This document shows positions 15,835-29,003 of a stretch of 64,000 nucleotides of DNA, piece after piece. Source of the DNA: the human T2T-CHM13v2.0 reference genome, Homo sapiens. Under the pieces are notes generated by a model. The model was given only the letters and a program-made list of their open reading frames with translations, made no database searches and was not told where the DNA came from. Position numbers and translations under genes: made by a program. Numbering within the stretch: position 1 is the first letter of the stretch; each line of letters begins with the position of its first letter. The stretch lies in assembly GCF_009914755.1 (NCBI RefSeq), contig NC_060927.1; one strand, 5' to 3'.

Positions 15835-16700
15835 CCTGTCTCTTCACTCATTCAACAAATATTTTCTGGTTATCTACAGTGTGCCAGCCACTGTCACAGA
15901 AACTGAGGATACAACAATAAACATAACAGAAAAATCCCACCCACATGGAGCTGACAGTCAAGTAAAAAGACAGTAAAAAATGTATAATAAAGAATCAGGT
16001 AAGAAGACAGAGTAATGTCTGGAGTGAAGGGGTGCTACCTTAGAGGAAGCAAAAAATATTAACGAGAGAAGTTAGATGTCTACTGCTGTAGTTCAGGCAA
16101 CATATTATTGAATCAGTAGTTGCAGAAGTGTTGAAAAGTGGCCAAATCATAAATATATCTTGAATAAAAAGCCAACAGGATTTGGCATCAGACTGGATAC
16201 GGAGCAAAGAAAAAAGGAATAAAAGATAATTTTAAGGGTTTTTGTCTTCAGCATCTTAGTGAATGGCATACTGAATAAAGAAGATTGAGACCAATAAAAC
16301 TAGAAATTCTCTTTTTAATATGTTACCTTTCAGATGCTTAACCGAAGTGGAGATACTGAGTAGAAAGTTAGATATAAAAGTCTAATGTACAGGGATTAAC
16401 TCTGGAATAAAGAGAAATACTGATGGTATTTAAGGGCATAGGACTAGATGCGATCACCTGAAATGTGAGTATAAAAAGAGAGTTCAAAGACTGAGCCCTG
16501 AGACATTTGAACATTTAGCAGTAGGAAAAAGGAGGATACTATAAAGGAAAATGAGGCTGGTAGAATATTAAAAGAGCAGTACTATCCACGAGTCAAAGGA
16601 GAAAAAAGAATTTAGAGGAGGGAGTAATCAATTGTGTTAACAGTTGTTGTAGGGTCAAGTAAAATGAACACTGAGAACTGGCCACTGGATTTGATAATCT
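15835..16700. mobile_element. L2 fragments
   Basis: cactcattcaacaaatatt 3' end, and ggactagatgcgatcacc...gactgagccctg...actgagaactgg motifs. Confidence 0.7.
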
Positions 16701-19022
16701 ACACTCACACAACGAGGGTTTTTTGGATGGTTGTTTTAATGAAAGATATTATAGCAGGTGTACATCCTGACAGGACTTATAGAGGCAAGTCTAGGGGCAG
16801 TACAGAGGCAAGACAGATGATGCAGTGAAGAGAGAAAGGGATTTCAGAAGTTCTTGAACAACCAAAGGGACTACGATCTAGTACAGAAGTGAATATGGGT
16901 AAGCTTTAGGCACACAGTTCATTTATTTTAACAGGCTGGAACACAAAGCAAGATTATTTATTTGAGAATAAGACCAGGAATCAGGTATTGGAAGTTTAAC
17001 GTGCAGTCTGCGAGTTGGTATAGAGAAGGCAGAGCTGCAATCCGGATGGTCTGGACTTTCTGTGGTGACAGGCTAAAAGGGATTCAGGATCTAAAAATAG
17101 TCCTCATGATATGTTTGGGGGATGCTTAGGGGAGCTTGGTACCAAGTGGATAATCACTTAAATTTAGTCATCTACACGTGACTGGTTTTCACCAATTTGT
17201 AGAAGGGAGTGCTAGGAGGGGAGGAAAGGTCAAAAAACTGGTAGTCTCATCAAGAATTTCAAAGGCTCTTTGGGGCACCTCCCTTAAATCCTGTAATTAA
17301 AGGTGTTGAGATCTCTGGTTCTTAAAAAAAGTGGATGGCTTGTACTTACAAATTAACTTAATCAGTCAACAATATTTACTGAATGTTTGAATGTACTGCG
17401 CTATCCTAGGTGCAATAATTCCTAATAATCTATATCTGAATTTGTTCATATACTATTAGAGTTAAATGATATAAAAATAAGCTAACAGGGGCACCTAACT
17501 CTAATGTAGCACTTACTCTGTGTCAGATGCTGTCCTAAGTACTTTATTAATATATACATTAAATTATTTGGTAGAAGTGACTCAATGACACTGATACTGT
17601 TATTCTCTCTATTGGACAATATATCCAATGCATAGCTCTAAAAATTAAATCCTCTATAACTCAGAAGGCATCTGTTTCAGACAAACAATATTTTTTAAAG
17701 TGTACAAATTAGCCTAAATATTTTTCCACACAGGCACTTGAACAATGTTTTCCTATATTTTTGACTTAGGACAGGGTTTTTCCTCTAAGCAGATTATTCA
17801 ACTCAGCTAATATTTACTCTTTAAGAAAACTTTATTATTCTATTTCAATTCTGACAAGTTTTCATGTCTGTTCCATATTCCTAAGAATACAGCTTTGCTG
17901 CTCTCAGCTTAATTTGGCATGTTGTGTTTTTTTTTTGGGGGGGGGGGCTTTTTGAGTATTTATAGTGCTCTATATGTTGAGATTTTCAAGTAGTCCAAAA
18001 TGTATGAATAGCTGCTATACACACATTCAAAATGACTGAACACTTCACAGTTATTTAAAGTTCATATGATTACTACTGACATTAATAAACGTCGATATCA
18101 CTAAGTAAATAAAACTTTTCACCTAGGCGTTAATCAAGTAAAGTCTAGCAGCACTGTGCTGGAGTTCTATAAAACCCTGCTGAATATAAAAACTGGTCCC
18201 AGATTGGAACAGGACTGTGTATGCTAAGTAGGACGGGGCCGATTATTGAGTGACCCTCAACACAAGAATAGGAGGGACGCTGAGGGTGCGGAACCAAGGA
18301 GGGCTTCGCAATGCATAGAGAACTTTTTCTATACTAATCGTTTGAAATTAAGGACAAAAACACTATGAAGCCTCAAACTGAAAAAGTTTCACCAATGTAA
18401 TTCATAAGAAACTCATTTTTATTTAACATTAAAAAATAAAACAACCTCTCAAAAAACCCACAATGTAAAATGAGATACAATGAAATGATAAAACTGAGAG
18501 ACAGTGTGTAAGCTATTTGGTTATCACTACTGAGTGGGGACTGAAAGGGGTGAGGAAATCAGGGGAATCGGGGCAGTGTGACTGGAGGATAGTATGAAGA
18601 ATGGAGGGGAAGAAAAGGCAGTGGAAAAGGAGATGGGCTGCTGTGAAAAACCAAAGACACTTGTGAGGGAAGAGAGAAGATCCAATCAATACAGGTACTG
18701 AAGAGGTATTAGATTAGGTGTCATATTTTGGAAGGCCAGGAGATAACATTTGAGGTGAATGGAATAAAAATTAATTAATTCTATAAGCATTTATTAACAC
18801 CAACTACATGCCAAACCCTAACTGAGAAGCTAGGTGTCTTGCAAAAGTTTATAACCACTCAGTTTCCTTATCATTCAAAAAACATTAATGACTTCCTCCT
18901 GAGTTCCAGTATCATAGTAGAAAATGGCACATAATCTTAGTTATGAACATGAATACCTCCAGCAGACAAGCAATTTAAATGAATCTGTAAAATAAGTACA
19001 GGTTCTTTTTATGTATTGTGTA

Positions 19023-19098
19023 TATTTGGGGGGATATTAAATCAGATACTTTTCATACTGTATTTGGGGGGGATACTAAACCAGATAGTTTTCATACT
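19023..19098. repeat. Tandem duplication, ~38 bp x2
   Basis: tatttggggggatattaaatcagatacttttcatact followed by tatttgggggggatactaaaccagatagttttcatact. Confidence 0.9.
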
Positions 19099-21448
19099 AA
19101 TAGAACTTGATTTATAACAACTCTCCAATCTGCAAAAAGTATCATGTGGCTTAGTCATATGGAATTAGATTCAAAGTTAATCTTTCTGTCAAATCTTAGA
19201 GTATTTTTGACATCAGTGAAATAAGAGACCTCTGTTATTTACCAATCGCAGTACAAAACACTATGACCTTATTATATTCATAGGTATATATTATATGCTC
19301 TAAGTATGAAATTTCAATCTACGTTGTTTCTAACAATAAATCCCTTAGTGCTGCAAAAGAAAGCTGCCAGCCATGAGTCAGTAAGTGCAATTTAAAAAAG
19401 TATTCTAGTATCAACTAAGATCCAATTATATCTCAAGTTATTTTTCAGTCCCATTATATTTTAACTTGTCAAATCAACTCCAGTAAGTTATAAAAAAATT
19501 AAGATATATAAACTATCCAATGTATCAGTTACAAAAATGTATAAAATGAAAAACAAAATGTTGGTACTCCAGTGCAAGAAAAACAGAAGCTAAAACCTCT
19601 ACCCTAATACTCCTATTTCTAGAAATAAAATAGAAAGGTAATGAAAAAGACAAGATGAGAATCAGGAAAGAGGTCTGAAAGAAATAAAAACTATTAATAA
19701 CTCATATACTAGCATACAGGAATGCTCTGAACCAAACTGGGTGGGGGCTGTCATGTAAAATGGCTTTGCAGAGCTGACTGCGAACAGGGGTCATGACTCT
19801 CTTCTGGCGCAATCACAGCAACGTTCTGCTCCTACTCCCAAGCGGCTATAACGTAACTCTGTGGTTTCAACACTTTATACATGAACTACTTTTCCTGTCT
19901 TTTCATTTGCCTGCTTTTAATAAACCGAGTGACAGATATATCAATGCTAGTGTTATCTGTGCATACATATATAGAAGGGTGTGCATTTACATAAACCATA
20001 TATATATATATATAAAGTTCTAAAGATATCTGTCTTGTTGACAATGGAAAATATCATCTAGTATTAATCTACAATGAATAACATTGTCAACCTTTAGTCT
20101 TTGCATCCTTTCGTGATATATGTAATTGCAGTCAAAATAAGGTTAGTAAAATTCTTGGGGCAGTATTCAATTTAAGAGTTAAATCAATCGTTGCCCATTC
20201 AATAAGTTTTGATTGTAACTTAACCTCAATGCCTACATAATGACTCCCCCTTCCTAGGTAATTCCATTTCTCCCAAATATTTGAGAAAAGTAAGTAGAAT
20301 TTCTTACTTAAGAAAGCTGATGTTATTTTAAATCAACACCATTAAAAGACAATTCTAGTAACCAAAAACAGTAAAGAAATTTATAAAAAACATATAAAGA
20401 AATATAGAACTGTTGACAGTTATAGTTTATATTTATTGAGCTGCTTCTATTATTTTCTTTAAAAGACAGCTTTAAGGGAATTTATTTTAAAAGGTCCTAA
20501 GGAATGTGTATGTATGTATTTTCCTAATTTAAATATCACTGATGTCAGAGGACAAATGCATTCTCAACTTGTTTTTAAATTAGACCATTTCTCGTCCTTT
20601 TATTTTTACTAAAGTTGAACTGACTGCTTAAAAATATTTAGAAATATGAATATTTCCTCAAACCACCCTTGTAGCAAACAATAGGTATTTCAAACAATTA
20701 TTAATTTTTCTTTATTTTTCCTCCCATAGACAATAGCTCATTTCCTCAAAAAGTGGTGTTATGTGATTTTTTTTAATTTTGAGAGACTTTTAGTATTTGC
20801 TCATCTCTTTAAATTGTGATTTGACTATGTGAAAAAATATTCCATGACTGTGTAATTGCACAAGTTCACTTAATTTCAAATTAAGCTAGATAAATAATAT
20901 TTACAAAAAATGATTCATTAAATCCCTTGAATAAGCCATAATATAGCTAAGATGTCAGTATATATAATACTAGCCAATTATATTAAATTGAATCTATTTT
21001 CAAAACACTGAAAAATGAAAATATTTCAAAGTATCTTCTGTTTCTTTACTGTAACAGTCTCCCTAAGGTTATCTAATAACATACAAAAACTAAACAAATC
21101 AGCATTTTCTTTGGTCAGACATCATACTCTACAGCATTTAGCACAGTCTAAAAAGGAGATGAGCATTATTAATTCATATTTTATGTATCAATGGGCTTAT
21201 ATTTTTAGAAAAGTCATTCAATTGAATCTGAGGCTATTTTGTTTGGTATTACATAAGAGCATAAGGAAAAATATTTCTTGTTCCCCCTTTTGTGCTAAAG
21301 ACCTACACGGATGGACAGAAAACATACATTTCTACACATCCAAGGTTTCAAGGCTATTCTTTAAATAAAAAATCTATATTAAGACATTTTTACAGAGCAA
21401 ACGTAAACAGAAATAGATTGAAAATAATTTCAACAAGTGGTATGTTAC

Positions 21449-21682
21449 CTGGGTGGAGCTGGTGGCTACCGAGATGCAGTCAATAAAGCTGTGTCTTCGA
21501 GTGAAAAATGCAACTATCTGCTGCCAGCGTGAAGGTTCTGGCTCAGCTTGCAGTTCATCTGACGAGCCCTTTTTTGCCCAGTGTTTCTGCTTTGGGCCTG
21601 CTGAGCCATGGCTAGAGCTAGTATTGCCTCCTCGACTGCCGCGAGAGTATAGAAGTGTGTTGTTTCCGAAAATGTAATTCAT
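21449..21682 (-). CDS. DLG1: DLG1 alternative first coding exon, 78 aa MNYIFGNNTLLYSRG...DCISVATSSTQ (L27-less isoform)
   Basis: ATG at 21682 (gcagagATG) with an in-frame TAA just upstream. Open for 78 codons to a CAG|gtaaca donor, phase 0. Locally GC/CpG-richer unique sequence. Matches my recollection of an annotated short DLG1 isoform N-terminus. Confidence 0.85.
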
Positions 21683-22200
21683 CTCTGCAGCCCTGCAGGT
21701 GGTTGCCAAGCAGGCTTACTTCTCTACCAGCTGCTGAGTGGTGAATGATCGGTAAAAACTGCAGCTACAATTACAGCAGCATCACTTGTAGATCAGTGAA
21801 AATAAAAACCTTGAGAAATGATGCTCATTTTCTCAGTGATTTCTTCCTATGAAAGAGCTCGTATCTTCCCTCTGTACCTGTTAGCTGTATGATGGCTGAG
21901 TTTATTTTTGCAGACAAAAAAGACGACATAAGGTGGATTTCTTTCTCATGATTATTTTTTCACCAGCGTCTGCAGGAACCAAAAGCTGTTCTTTTGTTAG
22001 CTGATAACTAGATGGATTGAAATCCAGGAAGTGAGGTCGATTAGCAGGTAAAGAAGGATGCTATAAACACTGGACTACCAAGACCCTGTGGGGCTGCCTG
22101 ATTTAATGCACTGCGTGGAAAAACCCTGGATTACCAAGTTTCAACCACAGTCTGTAGTAAAATCCAATGGCACCTTCACTGCTTATATAAATTATAAATA
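21683..22200 (-). promoter_or_regulatory. Putative 5' UTR / internal promoter of the MNYIFG exon
   Basis: Repeat-free, moderately GC-richer stretch directly upstream of the ATG, with no strong polypyrimidine acceptor next to the ATG. TSS cannot be located from sequence. Confidence 0.5.
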
Positions 22201-22749
22201 TGAACAATTAAAACATATAAGAGGATTCTCTCTGCAAATAGTTCTGACTGTTAAAATGATTTCACTAAAAGAATCTTTGTCATTCATATCCAAATTTCTA
22301 CACCAGGCAGATCTTACACATTATCTGGCACTGGCTCTAAGTTGTTCAAAGGTGCTGCCTACATTAAACTCTGACTATCTAACGTTAGCGCTTCATTACA
22401 AATGGATTTTCCTTTATCATTTTATGTAATGTATTGGTTTTTAATGATTAACAACTGGGTCTCAAGGTAGATTAATTACTAAAACAAGCATTTTGCTTCT
22501 GGAACCTTTATGATAAAAAAGAACTTTCAAGAAATTATCAGCATCATCTCTCTAGTATTTTATAAACATTCATATTACAAGGTCATAAATTTCTAAAAAT
22601 GAGAAAGAATTAACGCTGGTAAATTTTTCGTTTTATAATCAGTGAAATGTGTTTTATCCAACTCTACATAAATACCACTCTGGTTCACCAAATACTATCA
22701 CCTGATTGCTAAAGGAACATATTCTAACATCTAATATTTAGGTTAACAT

Positions 22750-22905
22750 AATAGTTCGCCTGAGAATTGCCTGGGGCGCTAGTTATATATGCAGATTGGT
22801 GTATCCTCTCCCCATCAAAATGTTTACGGGCAGGGGGAACCTGGGAATTTTTATGTTTAAAATGCTTCCCAAGTGACTCTTAAGTACCTTCAAGTTTGAG
22901 AACCA
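22750..22905. mobile_element. MER5-like fragment
   Basis: cttcccaagtgactct...caagtttgagaaccac terminal motif. Confidence 0.55.
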
Positions 22906-23720
22906 CAAACTCCCAAGCAAGCCCTCTTAACACTGTGCTATATTAGTAATTACAACAATGGTCATTTTAAAACAATATGTGAACAAAAACGCTACTTGAT
23001 AATTTACTATTGGTTGAATAATCTAATTTTTAAGCTGATAAGAGCATATCGTAAGTCCCAACCTCAGCCATGGATATTTTTTCGGATGTGGACTGACAGA
23101 ATCTTCCTTGTCTACGTGCTTACCAGCACCAACTGGATGCAGCCTTTTGTCAAACTACAATGTTGAGGTCCACTGCAAATCTTGACTCCGCAAGAAAACA
23201 TGCTAATGCTGTCTCTATGATGCGTCTGCTAAGAAGTGAACATGTGCTCAGTAAGGGTGAGAGCCATGTGGGACTCTTGAGGGCAAGATATTTTGTGACA
23301 GAGATTATACCAGAAAGTTTGGTGCTTCTTCCCAAGGACTGTGCCGGCAGTAGCTGACAATTTATGGCCCCAGAGTGATCCTATCTAATTCGGAGTAGAG
23401 AATGTAAGAAAATACTAAGGGCGGACAGGTAACTAAGAATCCTCTTGTGAAGGAAAAAATGAAACCTCCCAGAAAAAAATTCAAGTTTTGTTATGGACCA
23501 GGTACCTAGTAAAGACCTGATTAGTGTGGTTTATATAAATGCTACGGTAATTGGTCTGGCCCTAAAATATGTGCCTTGATCCATGTCTGATGAAAACTTC
23601 AAGGGGAGGAGAAAACTGATATGGGTTCTGTTATTCTGAATTAGTATGGATGAAGATACTGAATACAACTGTTGAATGCAAATCTCCTACCTCAAACTGT
23701 AAACAGTACCAAAAGACATA

Positions 23721-23840
23721 CAATAGTAGGCTCTTAGTGAGCATCTATTTATCCTACAGAGCCAGAGAACTTAGGGGTCAATGGTAGGCTCTTAGTGTGC
23801 ATCTATTTACCCTACAGAGCCAAAGAACTTAGGGTACAAT
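23721..23840. repeat. Tandem duplication, 58 bp x2
   Basis: Units start with caat at 23721 and 23779 (again at 23837). Core is gtaggctcttagtg.gcatctattta.cctacagagcca.agaacttaggg. Confidence 0.95.
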
Positions 23841-24621
23841 CTAAAGTTGACAGATCACTGCCTCCCATATTTCCCCAATGTACAGGGAAGAAATACTTCT
23901 TGATGCAAATTTCCTATCCAAATCCATTCACATCAAGAAAACAACTTCAAGTTTTGGGAAAGACTTCTTTATGAAAATGTCCTGTTACATGACCTACAAA
24001 AATCTAGGAACACCTCATCCATTGGCCAGTAGTCAGTATATGCACACAAAAAATCTATACCTAAATCACAAGAGGGGTTTCACATGAGATTAGACTGGGA
24101 GGTGGAAGGCGGAAGGCAACCAACTGTTCTTTGCTTTAGAATATCCTCTCTCATTACACAGCAGAGATGAAAGATAAAAACTCCATTAAAACCAAATTTA
24201 AGTTCATTAAAGAAAAACCTGGAAAACCTATTTAAAATAATGGATGAAAAGATGGTATGCAATCTAAACCACCAAAAGGAATCACTATTAACATCTTAAT
24301 ATGATATACAAAGAATATTCTTTTTTCCGTAATGTGTTTTCTTTTTCAGAGTGATAATATAATCTATAGAATTCTAGCCTAAACAATAGAGAAAGCTTAA
24401 GTTAGTAAACTAAATACGATTAGTTCAGTGGATTACTATGTAATTCAAAACATGATTATGAAAAATTTATGACTATGAGGAATATTTACTTTATAATATT
24501 AAATGGTAATAAAAAGTTAAAAATTTATACTGGATAGGCTCTCAATTATTTGTGTACGTTTCTAAAGTCACAAACCCAGCAGTCTTTAGGTACAGAAACA
24601 AAGGCAAATACTAAATAATCT

Positions 24622-24745
24622 TTTATTTGTTTGTTTTTGAGACGGAGTCTCACTACGTTGCCCAGGCTGGTCTTGAACTCCTTGGCTCAATCCATGCTCC
24701 TGCCTCAGCCACCCACGTAGCTGAGGTTACCACCATGCCCAGTTT
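24622..24745 (-). mobile_element. Alu monomer (FLAM-like)
   Basis: gagacggagtctcactacgttgcccaggctggtcttgaactcc, single monomer. Confidence 0.8.
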
Positions 24746-27414
24746 ACTAAATAATCTTAGTGAAAAATGTAAAAAGGTAAAGGACAAGAGGAAAAGCAAT
24801 ACTGAAACTCTAAAGTACAAAAAAAACCCACCAAAAACCCAAAGTAACTACAAAGCTAATGTAACGTAAATGCAATATAACAGGCATTTTTATTACTCTT
24901 TTCTAATGTGGGCTATTAAATTTCAAAACATACAACTGTATTGAGATAAGACAAGACTGAGAAGAGTGACAAGAACACAGATTTGCTATTTATCTAGAAA
25001 ACCCTCAATGTCACACATACAAAATCCCTTCTGTATGAGCACCATCTAGTGGTCAGTGCATGCAAACTATATGCTCACCTTAGTATACCAGGTCCATGAT
25101 AAAATTCAATCATGTTTCTATATGTTCCAGAGATGTAAAGATAAAGTTGATTTCAAAAACTGCTCATTATATACTAGAAACAGGAAAACTTCTATTCCTC
25201 TAGCATTTGGTTCAAAAGGCTTATATTTGCTTGTGTCCATTTTTCTGCCACTCCCATTTCTTACAATTTTTTAAAAACTACTAAGAGCTGCTAGTGATTT
25301 CATTATATTCTCAATACTACTGGATGAAATAAAATGCTAGGAAATATACTTATTTAGCACAATTATCTGCTCATTGACCCTGTTTTTTCTGTTTGATTTC
25401 AAGTCCCTCTTAGTAATGTTTACTTTGTATACAATAGTTTGAGCATAATTTTCCTTGCCATTGAAGACAAAAACCAAATATAAATTACTTGTTTCTTCAA
25501 TGATCACTGCATCCTCCCATACACTCAATAATACTCCTACTGTCCTCCCTGTTGCTTCATGTACATTTCAAACTTTTTGGGAAAAGGCTGAGGTTTTTAT
25601 TTGTTCGATTTACTGTTCTAACAATTTTTCCTAATTCTCAGCTCATTTTCAGTTTTAGAACCTTGACACTACTCTTACATAACCCCAAAATTTACCCACT
25701 GTGTCCTTCTCTTCGACATTAAGATTTTTAAAAAACTATTATATCCCCTATTTCTTTCTTGATATTCTTCCCAACACTGGCAAGAAAGTATCCCTTTCAG
25801 AGTCTTAAATTATAAAATCATAATTATCTTTATGCCAAGCCCTGAATAAAGTAACCCAATCACTATCTTACTTTACTCATTATTCCAGTAAGGAGAGCCA
25901 CCACCATCCACTACCACCACCACCACCACCACAATAATCTAATAGATTAATTCACGGCATGTTTCATGGTGGCAAACCTTTCATAAGAACATTCATCATA
26001 CAGGTCTTTTAGATTTTGCCCTCATTTCCTAACATGCACCCTAAGTATCAGCAATAATAACATAAACCTTCCTGCATTTCTACAGTTTCTTGTGATTGTC
26101 ACCCTTCCACTGTATTTATTTACCCCAGTAACGGCCTCCTCCTCTGACTTGGCATCTTACACATCCTTCAACACTTTATGCAAATGTCAACTTGCTTTTT
26201 TCAGAAAACTCCAAGAATTTAATTTCTCCCTCTTTCATGTCACATCATACTGTGTTAACTATCTTTCCGTAAAAAAATACTAATCACTGATGTCTAACAC
26301 AGTTACTAGCACAGATGTTTAATAACTGTTTGCTAAATGCATGTATTGCTTGACACAACTAATATCCTAGCAGTTGATTTTTAAAGCATCTATTAAATTT
26401 TATTTTTACCATTAGCTTTTATTAGAATTGTGAAGACTAAAGCTGTGCCTAATTTACAATCTACTCAGCAAACCACTGTTAATTCTAAGATACTTTTTCA
26501 AATTATAAAATAATAATTCATATACTGACTTCTACATGCAGCGTAACAGCTGTTCACTCCAAACCACAATACTATAAAAGAGGAAAAGCTCTCTATATTA
26601 GCTTTTATTTTAAAAAAGAGACTACTAGTCTAATACTTGACACTGTATTTTAAATAAATTGTTGAGCTTCTTATAACATTCTGGTTTTTTAAAAATTAAG
26701 ATGAAAAAGCATTAAAGCTTGCCTTCTTATGTCAAAATAAGGGTTGTTTTCCTTCAATTCCGGTTTTCTAACAAAAAGTTAAAGGAACCCTACCTACTCT
26801 GCTATAATGCTCACCTGCTCCAAATCTATTACACCCCTCAAATAATTATTTTACGTGGCATCTGCCACAGTAACCTAGGAATGAAAGAGGGGAAGCAGGT
26901 AGAAATTCCCCAAACGAAACAGTCTTAATCATTCTTAAATTACAATTCTATCAGAATACAATCTGTCAGAAAGTTTCAAGAACTTGAGAAACGTTCATAT
27001 TCTTCTGACTCAGTAATCTGACTTCTGGTAATCCATCCAAAGGAAAGAAACTAAATACTTTTCATGTCCAAAGATTACTCATTGCAGGTTTCTTTACAAA
27101 ACCTAATAAAAATAGAGATAACAGATATCTGAGAGCTGACATGGTCATCAAATTATGGTGCAAATATATCAGGCAATATTATGTATCAAGTTTAAAGTTT
27201 TTAAAGTTTAAATTTTTAAAAACTTGATACATCATATTACACAGGAAATATACAAGAAAATATGTTTAACAAGTTTACAATAGGAAAAAACATTAACATA
27301 TTAAAGTGTGATTTAGAAACAAATGATAGAGAATACACACAATTTTTTTCTGCTGGGATTGAAAATCCTTATCTACTCAGTTTGCAAATATGAATCAGAC
27401 AGCCAGCAAACCAA

Positions 27415-27454
27415 AGTGAGGGAAAGGGGACTAGTGAGGGAAAGGGGACTAGTG
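27415..27454. repeat. Perfect 18 bp tandem duplication agtgagggaaaggggact x2
   Basis: Directly visible. Confidence 0.95.
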
Positions 27455-28179
27455 GTTTCACTTAAGAACCCCAGAGGATGGTTTATAATTGTTTCAGAGA
27501 CTGATCCTGTTAATACCTAACAAAAGAGAACAAGATGAACAAGGCAGAGCAAGAGAATGGCCCACAAAGATGGCCAGGTTTTCAGACGCTTCTCATAGAA
27601 CCAGCTGAATGATTATCATAATATCCTAAGACTCAGGAAAGCATGCTGGTACTTTCTTGATCTTAACAAAACGTGTCAGGAAAGGTTTACATATGACTAC
27701 ACAAAGATCGCCACTCAGATAAGGCCATGACAAAATGCCAGCAACTGCAAGATTTCCACCAATTTCAGAAATGGTAAATGTGGAAAAGGTAAGTCTTAGA
27801 ACTGATGATAAAGGACACTTTAATTAATAACATACTCCTTTAAGCCTCTATAAAATATTTCTTTAAAAAGCTGTGAGGGACATAATCCTTTATCATTGTC
27901 AGAATAAACAAAAAGCAAGTATATGTAAAGAAAAAGCAATTTAAAGCAGATACCAAAAAACTGACTTCTCATCTCTTATGGTCAGAAAATTAAGGAAGAA
28001 ATGAATCAGATTAAGAAAGCAGTGAAAATCTTAAAGTATGAATGCTTTCTCTCTCAATACTATCAATTTAAGTCTCTCACTCTAGAAGGAGGATTCGACA
28101 AATGATGTCAGAAGTTTACTTGTAAATATTAATAGCTCAACACAGATAGCACAGTAGTGCAGGAAAATACCTCAAGCTT

Positions 28180-28428
28180 TGCATTCACGGGGGACTAGTT
28201 CCAGGACTAGTCCCCCGTGAATCCTCGCATACTGTACCCAAATCCTCACATACTGAAGTCCTGAAGTCAGCTATGCACTTACAGGAAGTCAGCCCTCTGT
28301 ATACTTGGGTTTTGCATCCTACAAATACTTTTATGTTTGATTGCATTTGTTTGAAATCTGCATTTGTTTCATCCGCATATAAGTGGAGCAGTGCAGTTCC
28401 AACTCGTGTTGTTCAAGGGTCAACTATA
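28180..28428 (+). mobile_element. MER8-like (Tigger family) element
   Basis: Ends ataagtggagcagtgcagttccaactcgtgttgttcaagggtcaact, resembling the MER8 consensus as recalled. Confidence 0.75.
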
Positions 28429-28605
28429 GTAGCCGTAATAGTGGTGGCACAATGCTTCGCAACTGTGCCCGCACATTAGAAACACCTGGAGAACTTGTAA
28501 ACCTCCCAAAGGCCAGTCTGCGTTCCAATTCACATCCCAAGATTGATCACCTTGCATTTAATTACAAGAATCATATACGGAGATGGCTGCTAAAAGGGTT
28601 TTGTC

Positions 28606-29003
<398 letters not shown>

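Noticed and set aside
17927-17948. T-run/G-run junction
   Set aside because: Simple homopolymer microsatellite with no further evidence.
14915-19382. Scattered TGAGTCA (AP-1) motifs
   Set aside because: A 7-mer is expected several times by chance in 64 kb, so there is no support without chromatin data.
21374-21448. ORF-track extensions beyond the splice donors (also 58968-59048 and 32293-32301)
   Set aside because: Intronic read-through after the GT donors, not coding.
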